A DNA stretch of 64,000 nucleotides from Nannocystales bacterium (GTDB taxonomy: Bacteria; Myxococcota_A; Polyangia; Nannocystales; Nannocystaceae): contig JBOEGF010000010.1 of NCBI GenBank assembly GCA_050633305.1, positions 576,001 through 640,000 of the forward strand. Direction: 5' to 3'. The notes below the pieces were generated by a model. It was not told the origin of the DNA. It did no database searches and was given only the letters and a program-made list of their open reading frames with translations. This document shows, piece after piece, positions 9,658-19,760 of this stretch. The translations under genes were made by a program, and so were the position numbers. Numbering within the stretch: position 1 is the first letter of the stretch; each line of letters begins with the position of its first letter.

Positions 9658-11661
9658 TCAGCGAGCTGCCGCCGGCTCGGGCGGAGTAGGCTTGGGCGCG
9701 GCGTTCTCAGCTTCGGCTTGCTCGTGGGTCAGAAGGCGAAGGCGGCCCATGCGGTACGTACCGCTGCCGTCGACGGGCAGGATGCGGAGCTCGTCATAGC
9801 CGGCAGCAGCGATCTCAGAGGGGATGTGTACGCGATGCCGCACCATGCGTGTGCTGGCTTGCTCGGTCTTCTGACCAACTTCGCGGTGGTGCACCTGTAC
9901 GTCCTGTCGGTAAAGCTCGATTGCATACACGTCGTCGCGTTCGAGCCGAACGCTGAGCACCTCTTCGTGGTGCGTCTCGCCCAGCACGATGGTGACACCA
10001 TGGTTCCGCAGCGATGTGGAAAGCGCGCCCGGGACCGAGACCTGTTCGTAGGTTCGCTCCGCGCTGAGGTAGGCGTCGAGGAGGTGCTGGTTTGCCCCGG
10101 TGTGCATACGCCAGATGGCCTCCCAGCGCTCGGACGACCAGATGGGGCCGCTCACGATCAGCGAGAGATCGTCCCAATACTTGGCCAGATCGGGGTCTTC
10201 GATCTCTCCGCGCATCACCGCGGCCTCCGCATAGCCGGAAGGCGGATGGCGCCGGAAGTGCCCCGGTAGGACGAAGCCGATCCGCCCGGGGAGGCGAGCC
10301 AGCAGAGGATCGGTGATCGCGTACGGGTTGATGTAGTGCACCTGCGGCCCTGCGGCGTAGCCCATGTACCCGCCGTTGCCATTGACGATTGCGAGGGTCT
10401 CGCCCTTCGCCTCGGCATCCTCGCGGTGCTGGGCCCCTTCCTTGTACCAAGGAGCTTCGAGGAGGAAGGGGCTCTCGCGGTCACTGATGAGGCCGGCGAA
10501 CTCGTGACGATAACCGCGCTCGTCGTCGATGAGCGTATCGGTGTGGAGTCGCTTCTCGCTGTAGTCACTGCCGCTTAGGACGGTCGGGTTGGGCGCCACG
10601 AAGGCCAGCACGGTCGTGACCACGCTTCCGACGATGAGGGGCGGCCTGGGCAGACTCGCTCGGTTGGCGAGCAAGCCTGCGGCCACGACCAAGGGGGCGC
10701 TAAAGAAACGCCCGCTCATGTAGTCGCCTCCGATCTTGAACACGTAGCCTACGTAGAGCAGCGCTCCGAAGGCAGCGACCGCGTGCTTGGGTTGTTCACG
10801 GAAACGCCGGAGAGCCACCAGCACGATGAGGAAGGTGCAGACCAGGGTGACGGGGTCCCACTCCAGCGAGTTCCTGAAATAGCGCGTCCCTTGGGTGACG
10901 ATGAAATCGCTTGTGGCCCCCGAACCCAGCTTTGCGTAGGCGGTGTTCGGGACCAAGAAGCCGTAGTAGATGAGTGAGACGAATTCCCAGATGAGCAACG
11001 GGAAGAAGCCCCAGAAGATCGCGAAGACCCGCCGGATTGTGAATCGAGGAGGCCACAGCCAGTAGAGGAGGGCAGGGGCCAGCACCAGGCCGAGGTCCAA
11101 GCGGTTGCAGACCAGGCCGCCGCCGACGAGGCTGGTGAGGAAGATCCTGCGATCCGCGACGTTGGGGGCAGGGTCCTCGTCGGCCCAAAACCCGGCGAAG
11201 AACATCAGGAGGAGGAAGTGAGAGAGGGGGTTCTCGAGTCCGCTGGTCGAGTAGTCCACAAAGGCTTTGGAGGCGATCAAAATGCCCAACGCCATCGCCG
11301 TGCCCTGCCACGAGCGATTCAGCTTACAAACCAGCAGATAGACGGTGAGGCCCGTGAAGATGAAGCAGAGGCCGAACGCCGACGCCGCCATGTGGCGGGT
11401 GATGAAGAACGAGAGGCTCATCAGTCCGAACCACAGCGGGTGGGTGTAGACCTGGACGCGCTCGTTGACGTTCCAGCGTGCGCCATAGCCGTAGACCCAG
11501 TTCTCGACGCTGCGGAAGGTGAAGTAGGCGTCCTCGCTCAACCACGCCGTGCGCAACAGGACGACGACGAAGAGGACGATGAGACCCCCGAGGATCCATG
11601 CGGCACGCCTCGGGCGCGGGGAGTCGGGCTTGGGGGACTCCGGGGCTTCGGTCGGCATCAC
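9658..11661 (-). CDS. GT-C fold membrane glycosyltransferase, AftB (arabinofuranosyltransferase)-like
   Basis: AWLSEDAY.TFR.V.N...GYG..WN..ERVQ.YTHPLW, DYSTSGLENPL, YYGFLVPNTAYAK, GGDYMSGRF, DPLLARLP..PGHF; about 10 TM segments. Confidence 0.8.
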   Translation of the reverse strand: MMPTEAPESPKPDSPRPRRAAWILGGLIVLFVVVLLRTAWLSEDAYFTFRSVENWVYGYGARWNVNERVQVYTHPLWFGLMSLSFFITRHMAASAFGLCFIFTGLTVYLLVCKLNRSWQGTAMALGILIASKAFVDYSTSGLENPLSHFLLLMFFAGFWADEDPAPNVADRRIFLTSLVGGGLVCNRLDLGLVLAPALLYWLWPPRFTIRRVFAIFWGFFPLLIWEFVSLIYYGFLVPNTAYAKLGSGATSDFIVTQGTRYFRNSLEWDPVTLVCTFLIVLVALRRFREQPKHAVAAFGALLYVGYVFKIGGDYMSGRFFSAPLVVAAGLLANRASLPRPPLIVGSVVTTVLAFVAPNPTVLSGSDYSEKRLHTDTLIDDERGYRHEFAGLISDRESPFLLEAPWYKEGAQHREDAEAKGETLAIVNGNGGYMGYAAGPQVHYINPYAITDPLLARLPGRIGFVLPGHFRRHPPSGYAEAAVMRGEIEDPDLAKYWDDLSLIVSGPIWSSERWEAIWRMHTGANQHLLDAYLSAERTYEQVSVPGALSTSLRNHGVTIVLGETHHEEVLSVRLERDDVYAIELYRQDVQVHHREVGQKTEQASTRMVRHRVHIPSEIAAAGYDELRILPVDGSGTYRMGRLRLLTHEQAEAENAAPKPTPPEPAAAR

Positions 11662-12215
11662 GGGCGTGCTCCACGAGGATAGCGGTGTGGCGCTCTCAGG
11701 TCAGTCGGGGAAGAGTCTAGCCTGGGCTATGTCGGCCCAGACGAAGGCGCAGGACACCACAGTCCTGTGATTGGGGTTGTAGGCCGCCGCGCATACGTGG
11801 GGGAGGTTGGGTCGCTGCACGCTCTTGCCCCCTGTCTCGGGGCTGAGCCGACGGGGCAGTGCGGAGGCGCCGCTTCTTGCGGCTCCCGGGTCGAGTTGAT
11901 CCACCGTGCACCGGAGCACCCCGATGGAGACATCGATCGCGCTGTCACAATGAAACCCAGCCGCGAGTCACGTCTCGGCATGGGACGGGGCGGAGTGCCT
12001 GCCGTTGCCCACCCTCTGCGGTGAGTTCGGCCGTCTGCTCGGGACCCCGGCTTTCTCCAGATTCGTCGTGCCGTTCGCGCCCACTCGACGAGCTCGAGCG
12101 GGGATGTTGGACCTGGCTTAGGCGGCCAGCCGGACCGCGTCGAGTATGCATTCAATCGTGTGGTCGAGACGGAACATTACCTATAGCGATTGCAGTAGAC
12201 TCCGCGCCGGGAACA

Positions 12216-12227
12216 GCGAATATTCGC
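12216..12227. promoter_or_regulatory. Perfect 12-bp palindrome GCGAATATTCGC upstream of the graspetide precursor (possible operator)
   Basis: Palindrome seen directly, 25 nt before the ATG; function inferred. Confidence 0.25.
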
Positions 12228-12252
12228 GCTCCCTGCACCAGAAGAACACATC

Positions 12253-12471
12253 ATGAGCAAGAAAAAGCTGAAAGAACTGTTCATTGAGGATCTCGGCGAA
12301 GTCACCGGTGGCAAGGGCGGCATCCACACAACGCTCGCTGTGGGCGAAGAAGGCCCCTACCCCACGACGCTCGCTGTCGGCGAAGAAGACATCCTGACCA
12401 CGATGGCACTTGGCGAAGAACACGCGACCACCCTCGCGCTTGGCGAAGAAGGCGACTTCCCCAGCCTGTAG
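12253..12471 (+). CDS. psnA: Plesiocin-type graspetide (omega-ester peptide) precursor
   Basis: Leader with LFIEDL motif and VTGG double-Gly site; four cores TTLAVGEE, TTLAVGEE, TTMALGEE, TTLALGEE. Confidence 0.95.
   Translation: MSKKKLKELFIEDLGEVTGGKGGIHTTLAVGEEGPYPTTLAVGEEDILTTMALGEEHATTLALGEEGDFPSL
12328..12450 (+). repeat. Four core-peptide repeats ending in ggcgaagaa
   Basis: 24-nt units separated by 6-12 nt spacers. Confidence 0.9.
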
Positions 12472-12514
12472 CGGTTGGCGTTGGTGGCCGTGATGACGTC
12501 CTCCAACGCTCGCA

Positions 12515-12552
12515 AGAGGGCGGGCGAAGGCGTTGGCTTTCGCCCGCCTTCT
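12515..12552. terminator. Hairpin between the convergent precursor and export operon (likely bidirectional terminator or mRNA stabiliser)
   Basis: agggcgggcgaaggc-gttg-gctttcgcccgcctt, a 15-bp stem with G-U pairs. Confidence 0.6.
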
Positions 12553-12556
12553 CGTA

Positions 12557-13453
12557 TCAGCTTCGCGGCATTGCGAAGCGAACCTCGGCGACCGTCCCGA
12601 CGCGTAGCAGGTCTCGTTGAGTGTCGTCGAGCTTCAGACGGGCCTCTGCAAAGATCAGTCGGGTCCCCGCGTCGATCTCCGGTGCGACGGTCGTGACCGC
12701 AGTTGTCATATCGACATCCTCCGCCACGAAGCGAACCGTGACGACGGCACCCAGGACGAGCCCTGCGCTGTGCGCTTCGGGTACGGCGAAACGTATCAAG
12801 CGAGTATCAGAGATGATCTGGACGACGGGTTCCCCCGTGCCCAGAGTCGCTCCAGGGTCAGCATATCGGCGCGCCACCGTTCCGCTGAACGGCGCGCGGA
12901 GCTCGGCTTCGGCGATCCTTGCAGAGGCCTCGTCCATCTTGCTGCGCTGCTGACGAAGCGAGGCTCCGGCGCTGCGTTTCCTTGCGCTGGCGAGCTTCTC
13001 AGCGAACTGTCTCTCCCGAACCTCAGCCTTGGAAATGAACTTCTGGATCTGCTCGACGTCGGAGCGCGACGCCTCGGCTTGCTCGAGTTCCAGCGCAAGA
13101 CGGTCGAGGCTGGCCTTCGAGGCCCTCCACGCCGCAGTGGCAGCGACCAGCTCGCTCTTGTCGCCTCGCACGTCCATCTGCGCGATGAGGTCACCTTCGG
13201 CGACATGATCGCCGACTTGCAGATCGAGCCGCTGAAGCTTTGCGAAGCCAGAGGCAACCAAGACGACCTCCAACTCGGGGACCAGGACGCCCACCATCGG
13301 GCCGGACTCGGTCGCTTGCTCAACGGACTTCGTCGCCTCCTCCTGTGCGCTGGTGTCCTCGACGACGGGCGAGGTCGCCGCGGGGCTGCAGGCCGCCAGG
13401 GACATGGCGACAACGAGGCCGCATCGCAAGCTGGAGCCCATCCCCGCAGTCAT
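12557..13453 (-). CDS. Efflux RND periplasmic adaptor (MFP) lipoprotein, copy 1
   Basis: SLAAC lipobox, VGDHVAEGDLIAQM, LRAPFSGTV, PEIDAGTR; ATG overlaps the ABC gene stop (ATGA). Confidence 0.88.
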   Translation of the reverse strand: MTAGMGSSLRCGLVVAMSLAACSPAATSPVVEDTSAQEEATKSVEQATESGPMVGVLVPELEVVLVASGFAKLQRLDLQVGDHVAEGDLIAQMDVRGDKSELVAATAAWRASKASLDRLALELEQAEASRSDVEQIQKFISKAEVRERQFAEKLASARKRSAGASLRQQRSKMDEASARIAEAELRAPFSGTVARRYADPGATLGTGEPVVQIISDTRLIRFAVPEAHSAGLVLGAVVTVRFVAEDVDMTTAVTTVAPEIDAGTRLIFAEARLKLDDTQRDLLRVGTVAEVRFAMPRS

Positions 13454-15654
13454 TGCGACTGCCTTTCGTACAGCTGGCGGTACACACTCGCTCCATCGAG
13501 CAGCTCGTGATGGGTCCCAGACTCGACGACCCGCCCCTTGTCCATCACGATGATCAGGTCGGCATCCACGACCGTGCTCAGCCTGTGGGCGATCACGATC
13601 CGCGTGCACTGCAGGCTTGCCAGTGAGCCTTGAATCGCGGCTTCCGTCACGCTGTCGAGGTTGCTCGTCGCTTCGTCGAGCAGAAGGATTGCGGGGTTGC
13701 CCGCGAGCGCACGTGCCAGGGCCAAGCGTTGTCGCTGTCCCCCGGAAAGGGATGCCGCTCCATCGGCGAGGATCGTCTCGTACCCCATCGGTAGAGCGTT
13801 GATCTCCTGATGGATGGCCGCCCGCATCGCCGCTTGGGCGACCTCGTCCATCGTCATCTCCGGGTTGCTCATCGCGATGTTGTCACGGACCGACATTCCG
13901 AAGAGTTCGCCCTGCTGTGTGACCACGCCCAGCTGCTCTCGCACGCTGCGAAGATCCAATGTGGACAGGTCGAGGCCGTCGTACATCACCCGGCCTTGCT
14001 GTGGTTGGTACAGACCGACCAGAAGCTTGGCCACCGTGCTCTTTCCCGCGCCCGAGGGCCCGACGATCGCGACGAACTGCCCGGGCTCGATCGTGACGGT
14101 GAGGTCTTGTACGGCGGGTGGTGTGGCCTCCGAGTAGCGGAACGTGGCTGCTACGGCTTGAATCTGCCCTGAGAGTCGCGGTGCGCGCTGGACCGCGCTC
14201 GCGTCCTGTTCAGGCTCCGTCTGCATCACGTCTTCAATGCGTTCGAGGTAGCTTCCGAGCACCTGGAACTGGAGGCTGACACCGACCATTGCGGATAGCG
14301 GGCCCAAGAAGCCTGCTCCCAGGGCTGAGAGTCCGAGCATAGCGCCCAGGGAAAGGGTGCCGTTGAGGACCAGGTTCGTGCCCACCGCGAGGATGACCAA
14401 CGGGGCCGCCATGCTGAAGGCGCCAAGCAACGAGGACACGAGCGCGTCGAGTTTTCCGCGACGCAACGAAACGTTGAGCGCATCGACGAAGAGGTTTGAC
14501 CACCGATCGACGGCCCGATACTCGGCGCCCATGGACTTGAGGCTCTCAATCCCTGTGAGCATCTCGACCTCGTAGCTGGACGTCTTGGCCTGCACGGCGA
14601 GGCTCTGTGTCATCAGATCTCGCTGCACGCGGCGCGTGGCCCAGTATAGCGACAGCTGGGCAGCGCCGAGAAGCAGGACGACCGCTCCCATCAACGGGCT
14701 CGCCCAGAAAATGAGCACCAGGTACAGGCTGACGAGCGACCCATCGAGCAACGCAGACATCGCACCTGAGGTGAGGATCTCCCGAACGGTCGCGTTGCTC
14801 CCCAGCCGCATGATCAGGTCGCCCGCAGAGCGGCGCTGGAAGAACGCGTAGGGAAGATCGATGAGGTGGTCGAGGAACCCAACCGTCATCTTCGCATCGA
14901 GCAACGTGCGCAGCTGCAGCAGCAGGTTGGCGCGGACGAGCGCGCTGATGAAGTTGAAGACCACCATCATGCTCAGGCCGGCCCCAAGCACGAGCAACAG
15001 GTCGACGTCGCGCCGTGGAATGATGCGATCGACCAGCAGAGTGGTCATCAGCGGCAGGCCCAGCGCGAGCAGCTGGACCAACACGGACATGACCAGCGAG
15101 CGGCTCCACAACTCGGGGTATGTGAGGACCTGTGCCATGTAGCGGCGGATCAGCGGGCGGCGACGAGATTCGGGCTCGAACGCCTCGCTGGGCTCCAGGA
15201 GGATGGCGACCCCCGTGAATGCTTCGTTGAACTCGGCCGCAGACACCCGTCGGCGTCCATGCGCGGGGTCCACGATGACGATCCCCCGCTTGTCGACCCG
15301 GTCGAAGACGACGAAGTGGTTGAACTCCCAATGGAGGATCGCGCCCGACGGGACAACATCGAGGTCTTCGACGTCTTCGACCTGAACGCCACGCCCGCGC
15401 AGGCCGTAGCTGCGGGAGGCGCGAATGATGCCCAGCGCGCTGACCCCGTTTTGGTCTGCACCCAGAGCGTCTCGTAGCTCGTCCAGGCCGGTCTCGTGGC
15501 CGTAGTAGCGCAGGACGATACTCAGACACGCAGCGCCGCAGTCCGCGGCCGTCATCTGCTGCACATGTTCCAGCTTGCGGCGGCGACCCAACATGCCCAG
15601 CCGCTGCAACGCCGGGAAACGACGCTTCAATGCGTGGTCGTGGTCGGTGCTCAT
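13450..15654 (-). CDS. C39 peptidase-containing ABC transporter, copy 1
   Basis: QQMTAADCGAACL, HWEFNHFVV, IVDPAHG; Walker A GPSGAGKST, LSGGQRQR, LLLDEATS, IAHRLST. Confidence 0.96.
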   Translation of the reverse strand: MSTDHDHALKRRFPALQRLGMLGRRRKLEHVQQMTAADCGAACLSIVLRYYGHETGLDELRDALGADQNGVSALGIIRASRSYGLRGRGVQVEDVEDLDVVPSGAILHWEFNHFVVFDRVDKRGIVIVDPAHGRRRVSAAEFNEAFTGVAILLEPSEAFEPESRRRPLIRRYMAQVLTYPELWSRSLVMSVLVQLLALGLPLMTTLLVDRIIPRRDVDLLLVLGAGLSMMVVFNFISALVRANLLLQLRTLLDAKMTVGFLDHLIDLPYAFFQRRSAGDLIMRLGSNATVREILTSGAMSALLDGSLVSLYLVLIFWASPLMGAVVLLLGAAQLSLYWATRRVQRDLMTQSLAVQAKTSSYEVEMLTGIESLKSMGAEYRAVDRWSNLFVDALNVSLRRGKLDALVSSLLGAFSMAAPLVILAVGTNLVLNGTLSLGAMLGLSALGAGFLGPLSAMVGVSLQFQVLGSYLERIEDVMQTEPEQDASAVQRAPRLSGQIQAVAATFRYSEATPPAVQDLTVTIEPGQFVAIVGPSGAGKSTVAKLLVGLYQPQQGRVMYDGLDLSTLDLRSVREQLGVVTQQGELFGMSVRDNIAMSNPEMTMDEVAQAAMRAAIHQEINALPMGYETILADGAASLSGGQRQRLALARALAGNPAILLLDEATSNLDSVTEAAIQGSLASLQCTRIVIAHRLSTVVDADLIIVMDKGRVVESGTHHELLDGASVYRQLYERQSQ

Positions 15655-16619
15655 AGCTCCTTGATGACGGGGACCAAGGTCTCCAAGAGGGTTTCGGATC
15701 GTAGCTTGGCCTCGAGTGTCCCCTGCATCCCATCGTAGACGCGATATTCGGTGCCGTCGGCCTCGAAGACGTCGGAGGGGAGCTCCGTTTCAACCACGAC
15801 CACCGGGCCATGCAGCTCCAACGCGCCTTCGCGGTCGCGACCGAGAAACCGCATCGCCTCGGCCGGGCCCACAACCTCGTCGGCTACAGAACGCACGAGG
15901 ACTTGTTGCCGGCTGTCGGAGAACCCCTCGAGTTCGAGATAGAACTGGGTGTCGGCGGCGCTGAGTAGAGGCCGGTAGTGCCCCGGGAACAAGGCCACGA
16001 TGACGGTGCTCGAGCTGTCTCGTTCGACCGAAACCACCGCATCGCCTGGGCCCACGGCTTGTCCGGGGTGGACTCTCACGTCCGAGACGACTCCGGGTTG
16101 CGGGGCGAGGATGGAACGCTCTTTGAGCCGAGCCTGTGCACGCTGAAGTTCGGCATCCAGCGCCGCCAAGCGCTCGCGGCGAACGTCCGCTTCGGGGAAA
16201 CGCAGGACCTCGACCAGACGCTGGTGGTGTTCGCGCCGAACTCGCTCAAGCTCCGCCCGTTGGGCCGCGTCATCGAGGCGAACGAGGACTTGTCCGGCCA
16301 CGACGCGCTGACCGTGTTCAACCTCGATGGTCTGTACAGTCCCGACGACCGCGGAGGTCGCGGCTTCGCGGCCGTCGCGTCGCAAGATGGCGACGCCCTG
16401 AGCGTACTCACCAACCCGGGCCGTCGCCGCGAACAGCATCGCCGCGAACGCGACCACCACCGTGACCACGACCGCCCACCGAGTCCATGTGGACACGATG
16501 TGCAGCGGTCGGCCCGGGCGAGCACCCATGCGGTGCGCCTTGAGGGCCTCCTCGCGGAACTGGATCCTGCGGGCCTGGGTCGGCCCGCTGGGTTGCTGCT
16601 GCTTGCTCGGCTCGCTCAC
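15651..16619 (-). CDS. HlyD-family secretion adaptor, copy 1
   Basis: N-terminal FREEAL motif, one TM, lipoyl-like halves (VEHGQRVVAGQVL, APQPGVV), GMQG near the C-terminus. Confidence 0.88.
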   Translation of the reverse strand: MSEPSKQQQPSGPTQARRIQFREEALKAHRMGARPGRPLHIVSTWTRWAVVVTVVVAFAAMLFAATARVGEYAQGVAILRRDGREAATSAVVGTVQTIEVEHGQRVVAGQVLVRLDDAAQRAELERVRREHHQRLVEVLRFPEADVRRERLAALDAELQRAQARLKERSILAPQPGVVSDVRVHPGQAVGPGDAVVSVERDSSSTVIVALFPGHYRPLLSAADTQFYLELEGFSDSRQQVLVRSVADEVVGPAEAMRFLGRDREGALELHGPVVVVETELPSDVFEADGTEYRVYDGMQGTLEAKLRSETLLETLVPVIKEL

Positions 16620-16646
16620 ACGGTCCCCTGCGTGGAATCTCCGCAG

Positions 16647-17588
16647 CTAGACTTTGCCCACGGCGTGGGAGGAGAGCGCATCGCACAAGGGACCGGTGAT
16701 GTCGACCCCGGCGCGGGCTTCGAATCCCAGGAACATGGGAGAGGGGTTCAACTCGAGGATCCGATAGCGGCCCTCGCGGTCGGCCTTGATGTCCATGCCC
16801 GTGAAGCGAAGGCCCAGGGTCGCCGTGGCGCGTCGGCACTGCGCCGCCACTTCGTCGCTGAGCTGGATCGCCTCGATCTTCTGCTCGTTTTGGCGGAAGT
16901 CGATCTCGTCGGTCACGATTCGCAGCGCGCAGATGACTTGGCCGTCGATGATGTACACGCGCACATCCTCGCCGGGGAGCAACTCCTGGAAGCACACCGG
17001 GGCGGACTCGAGCCGAGCGAGGCGTTCGTCGGTGAGGTGCTCGGGCTCGACCTTGCGCGTGGCCGCACCTCCGGTCACAGGCTTGTAGATCGCCTCGTGC
17101 TCGGCGCAGAAGCGCCGGACCGCAGCGGGGTCGTTGCTCCAAAGGGTAGCCGGAACGGGTAGCTCCGCCGCGTGCAGCAACGCCAGCTGGTACGGCTTCG
17201 TGATGTTGATGCTCGTCGAAGACGGGTTGTACAGAGCTGAACCTGCCAGCTCCCATCGGAGCAACATCGCGGCAAGCGGAGTGGAGCGCTCCCGGAAGGC
17301 AAGCATCGTGCGCCGCCAGTTCTCCTGCATCGCCTCGTCGGCTTCGACGCCGAAGCCGGCAGGGCTCTGATACAGACTGCGTACGTAGACAGCCGCGGGG
17401 CGGCCCAACGCTTGGCCGTCGAGCTCGACCGCCTCGTTGGCCTCGCCGAGCGATAGGGTCATTTCCTCGGGAAAACGCTGTGCATCGAGCACGAGCGGGT
17501 CAAGCCCGCGCTTTTGCAGTTCGTCGTGGACGGCACGCGCGTGCGCATCTTCGAGGGACCCGGCAATGACGATTGGGGGGGACGCCAC
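16647..17588 (-). CDS. psnB: Graspetide ATP-grasp macrocyclase (PsnB-like)
   Basis: KPYQL, P.TLWSND, IYKPVTGG, PVCFQELLPG.DVRV, DFR motif, GMDIK, ILELNPSP; linked to a TTxxxxEE precursor; start placed at GTG 17588. Confidence 0.92.
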   Translation of the reverse strand: MASPPIVIAGSLEDAHARAVHDELQKRGLDPLVLDAQRFPEEMTLSLGEANEAVELDGQALGRPAAVYVRSLYQSPAGFGVEADEAMQENWRRTMLAFRERSTPLAAMLLRWELAGSALYNPSSTSINITKPYQLALLHAAELPVPATLWSNDPAAVRRFCAEHEAIYKPVTGGAATRKVEPEHLTDERLARLESAPVCFQELLPGEDVRVYIIDGQVICALRIVTDEIDFRQNEQKIEAIQLSDEVAAQCRRATATLGLRFTGMDIKADREGRYRILELNPSPMFLGFEARAGVDITGPLCDALSSHAVGKV

Positions 17589-17771
17589 GGCGGCACCGTA
17601 CCACCGGGAGCGAACGGCCCACGGGACTGCGACGAATCGGGATACCTGGCACACCCATCGCGAACCCGGGCCGAGTCACCCGGCGACAGAATGGGATGAC
17701 CCGAGGAAACGCAAAACGCGCCATCTCCCCACCACCCCATCCCGTCCCGCACGGCAGCCCCCGGATGCGCG

Positions 17772-19061
17772 CTACCCCTCGGGCGTGGTGCCGACCGAGA
17801 CGCTGCCGCCATCGGCGATCCACCGGAAGTTGTCCAGCAGCACGGTGGAGTCAAAGGCGGCATCGCCGGTGTCCCAGATCGCGAACCGGATGGTCAGTTC
17901 CTGCCCACCAGTCACCGGGGCGGTGGTGACCAGCCAGCTCGTTGCGCCTGCGTCATTCCACACGTCGAACCCAGTGCCCGCTAGCTCTGCTGTCCCCAGA
18001 GGGCATCCCGCGCAGACCTCGAAGAACGCGATGTTGACGCTCACCGGGTTGGTCATGCTGTCGAACGAAATGTTCCCATTGATGGCCCCCTCGGGAGCAG
18101 GTGTGACGTGGGCGATGTACTGGTCGTTGTACGAGTCGCAGACCCACTCGGGATATTCGAACGAGTAGAAGTTGAAGTTGTACGAGAACCCCGTCGCGTT
18201 TGTCGGGGTACGTAGGGTGACCTCGAGAGCGACATCGTCGTTGATGTCGGATTCTCCAGGGCACTGGGGCACGTCCTGCGGGAATCCCGGTGGTGGTGTG
18301 CCCGGGCCGAAGCCAAAGCAGGTCTGCGAACCGCAGGCATCGGGCTGGCCGGGAGTCCGAGCGTTCCCGGTCGAGAGAACCAACATCTGGCTTCCTTCTT
18401 GGGGGGCGACGTTGGGTCCGAAGTCGAACGACAAACCCGTTTGTGCGGACGCCCCTGCCACCGGGGTCCCATTGGCGCGAACGTACTGCGCATTGATGAT
18501 GCCCCAGTCCGTATCGTCCGCGGCGACCTTGCACAGTCCCATCGCACCCGCTCCCGAGAGGGGGTCTGCGTCGTTGAGCACGTATGCGCCGTCGCAGGCC
18601 GGAGGTATGTTGTCGACTCCGCCATCGCAGTCCTCATCGGCCGGGCTCGGGACCATGCCCATCTCATCGGGCTCGAGGTCGATGACTTCGATCGCACCCG
18701 GGTTGACGTTGGCATCGCAGTCGTTACAGTCGCCGTCGAGCACCGTGAAACCGTCGCCGTCGAGGTCTTCCATGGGCCCGGACTTGCAGCTGTCCTCGGT
18801 TCCGCCGCTGTCGTTCCCGGGCTCGAAGCCCACGTCCCACTTGATGTCGTCGGTCGGTTGCCCGCCGCCACTGGAGTCCGTCTGGCCGCCGTCCGTCGCG
18901 GTCGCCTCGTCGTCACTGGTCTCACTGGGGTCCTCCGCGTCGATGCCCCCAGTGGCGGTCAGACTGCTCGCGGAGTCAAATGGATCGTCGTCCTGTCGGG
19001 TGGAGTCGCAGCCCGGCAGTGCCAGCACGGTACAGAAAGCCGTCAGTATTCGGTGGTCCAT
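17772..19061 (-). CDS. Lipoprotein with DxDGDG/DCND metal-binding motif and choice-of-anchor-L-like domain
   Basis: ALPGC lipobox; DLDGDGF...DCNDCD..NPGA.E..DEDCDG; LVLSTGNA, SFEYPEWVC..YND, IRFAIWDTGD..FDSTVLLDNFRW. Confidence 0.75.
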   Translation of the reverse strand: MDHRILTAFCTVLALPGCDSTRQDDDPFDSASSLTATGGIDAEDPSETSDDEATATDGGQTDSSGGGQPTDDIKWDVGFEPGNDSGGTEDSCKSGPMEDLDGDGFTVLDGDCNDCDANVNPGAIEVIDLEPDEMGMVPSPADEDCDGGVDNIPPACDGAYVLNDADPLSGAGAMGLCKVAADDTDWGIINAQYVRANGTPVAGASAQTGLSFDFGPNVAPQEGSQMLVLSTGNARTPGQPDACGSQTCFGFGPGTPPPGFPQDVPQCPGESDINDDVALEVTLRTPTNATGFSYNFNFYSFEYPEWVCDSYNDQYIAHVTPAPEGAINGNISFDSMTNPVSVNIAFFEVCAGCPLGTAELAGTGFDVWNDAGATSWLVTTAPVTGGQELTIRFAIWDTGDAAFDSTVLLDNFRWIADGGSVSVGTTPEG

Positions 19062-19192
19062 CGCTCCAGTGTCCTCTCGGCCGCGGGTCGTCCGGCCAGC
19101 GGCCCCAGATTGTTGCACGCTTTGGGCCGAGCTCGCCCCGAGGCCGTCGATGAACTGCTGTAAACGCCGAAGGCCTGCCCTCGCGTGACGGA

Positions 19193-19696
19193 CTACCCAC
19201 ACTGGCCGAGCGCCGGCGCCTGGAAGGTGTCGGACGTCTGACCGCTCGGGAAACATGGTACCCAGCCCGTAGGAGGGATGCAGCGTCTTCCGGTCGCGTA
19301 GGCGGAACGAAGATCTTGGCTGCATAGGAACGACTCTTCCTTACAGACCGAGAACTGTCCGCATCCGAGGAAGGTCGGTTCGGCCGAGCAGTCGACGTCG
19401 GAGTCAGTGGTGCAGCGCGTGACGAGATGGCCGTAGACGGCCGAGCACCCCTCGGCTTCACACTGGTCCTCGGTTCGACCGCTGCAGGAGATCGGCTCGG
19501 GGACCCCGCCGACGGTGACCTCCTCGAACTCGCACGTGCTCGCGGGGAGGTCTGCGTGTGGGGCCACGTCTGCGCGCGCGGATACGTCCGTGGTTTCTGC
19601 AACGTCGTCTTGGAGTGCAGTCTCGTCCGATGCGCAGCCCGCAGCAGTGAGCAAGCGGACCAAGCTCAGCGTTGTGACAACCCGCGTCCACGCCAT
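19193..19696 (-). CDS. Small Cys-rich lipoprotein
   Basis: TAAGC lipobox followed by about 11 further Cys (e.g. FLGC, CIPPTGWVPC). Confidence 0.6.
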   Translation of the reverse strand: MAWTRVVTTLSLVRLLTAAGCASDETALQDDVAETTDVSARADVAPHADLPASTCEFEEVTVGGVPEPISCSGRTEDQCEAEGCSAVYGHLVTRCTTDSDVDCSAEPTFLGCGQFSVCKEESFLCSQDLRSAYATGRRCIPPTGWVPCFPSGQTSDTFQAPALGQCG

Positions 19697-19760
19697 CCGC
19701 GGAGGGTAGCAGTCCCGAGCTTGCCAGCGGCAGGGGGCCGTGCCGGTGCGCGTGCGGGAG

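Noticed and set aside
9658..11661. AftB-like glycosyltransferase as a tailoring enzyme for the graspetide
   Set aside because: Divergent, about 600 bp away, and a lipid-linked-donor membrane enzyme family; only proximity supports a link
12328..12450. Regularly spaced repeats resembling a mini-CRISPR
   Set aside because: They are in-frame coding repeats with 6-12 nt spacers and there are no cas genes
17772..19696. Two lipoprotein genes between the RiPP clusters as immunity factors
   Set aside because: They look like generic myxobacterial lipoproteins; only position supports the idea
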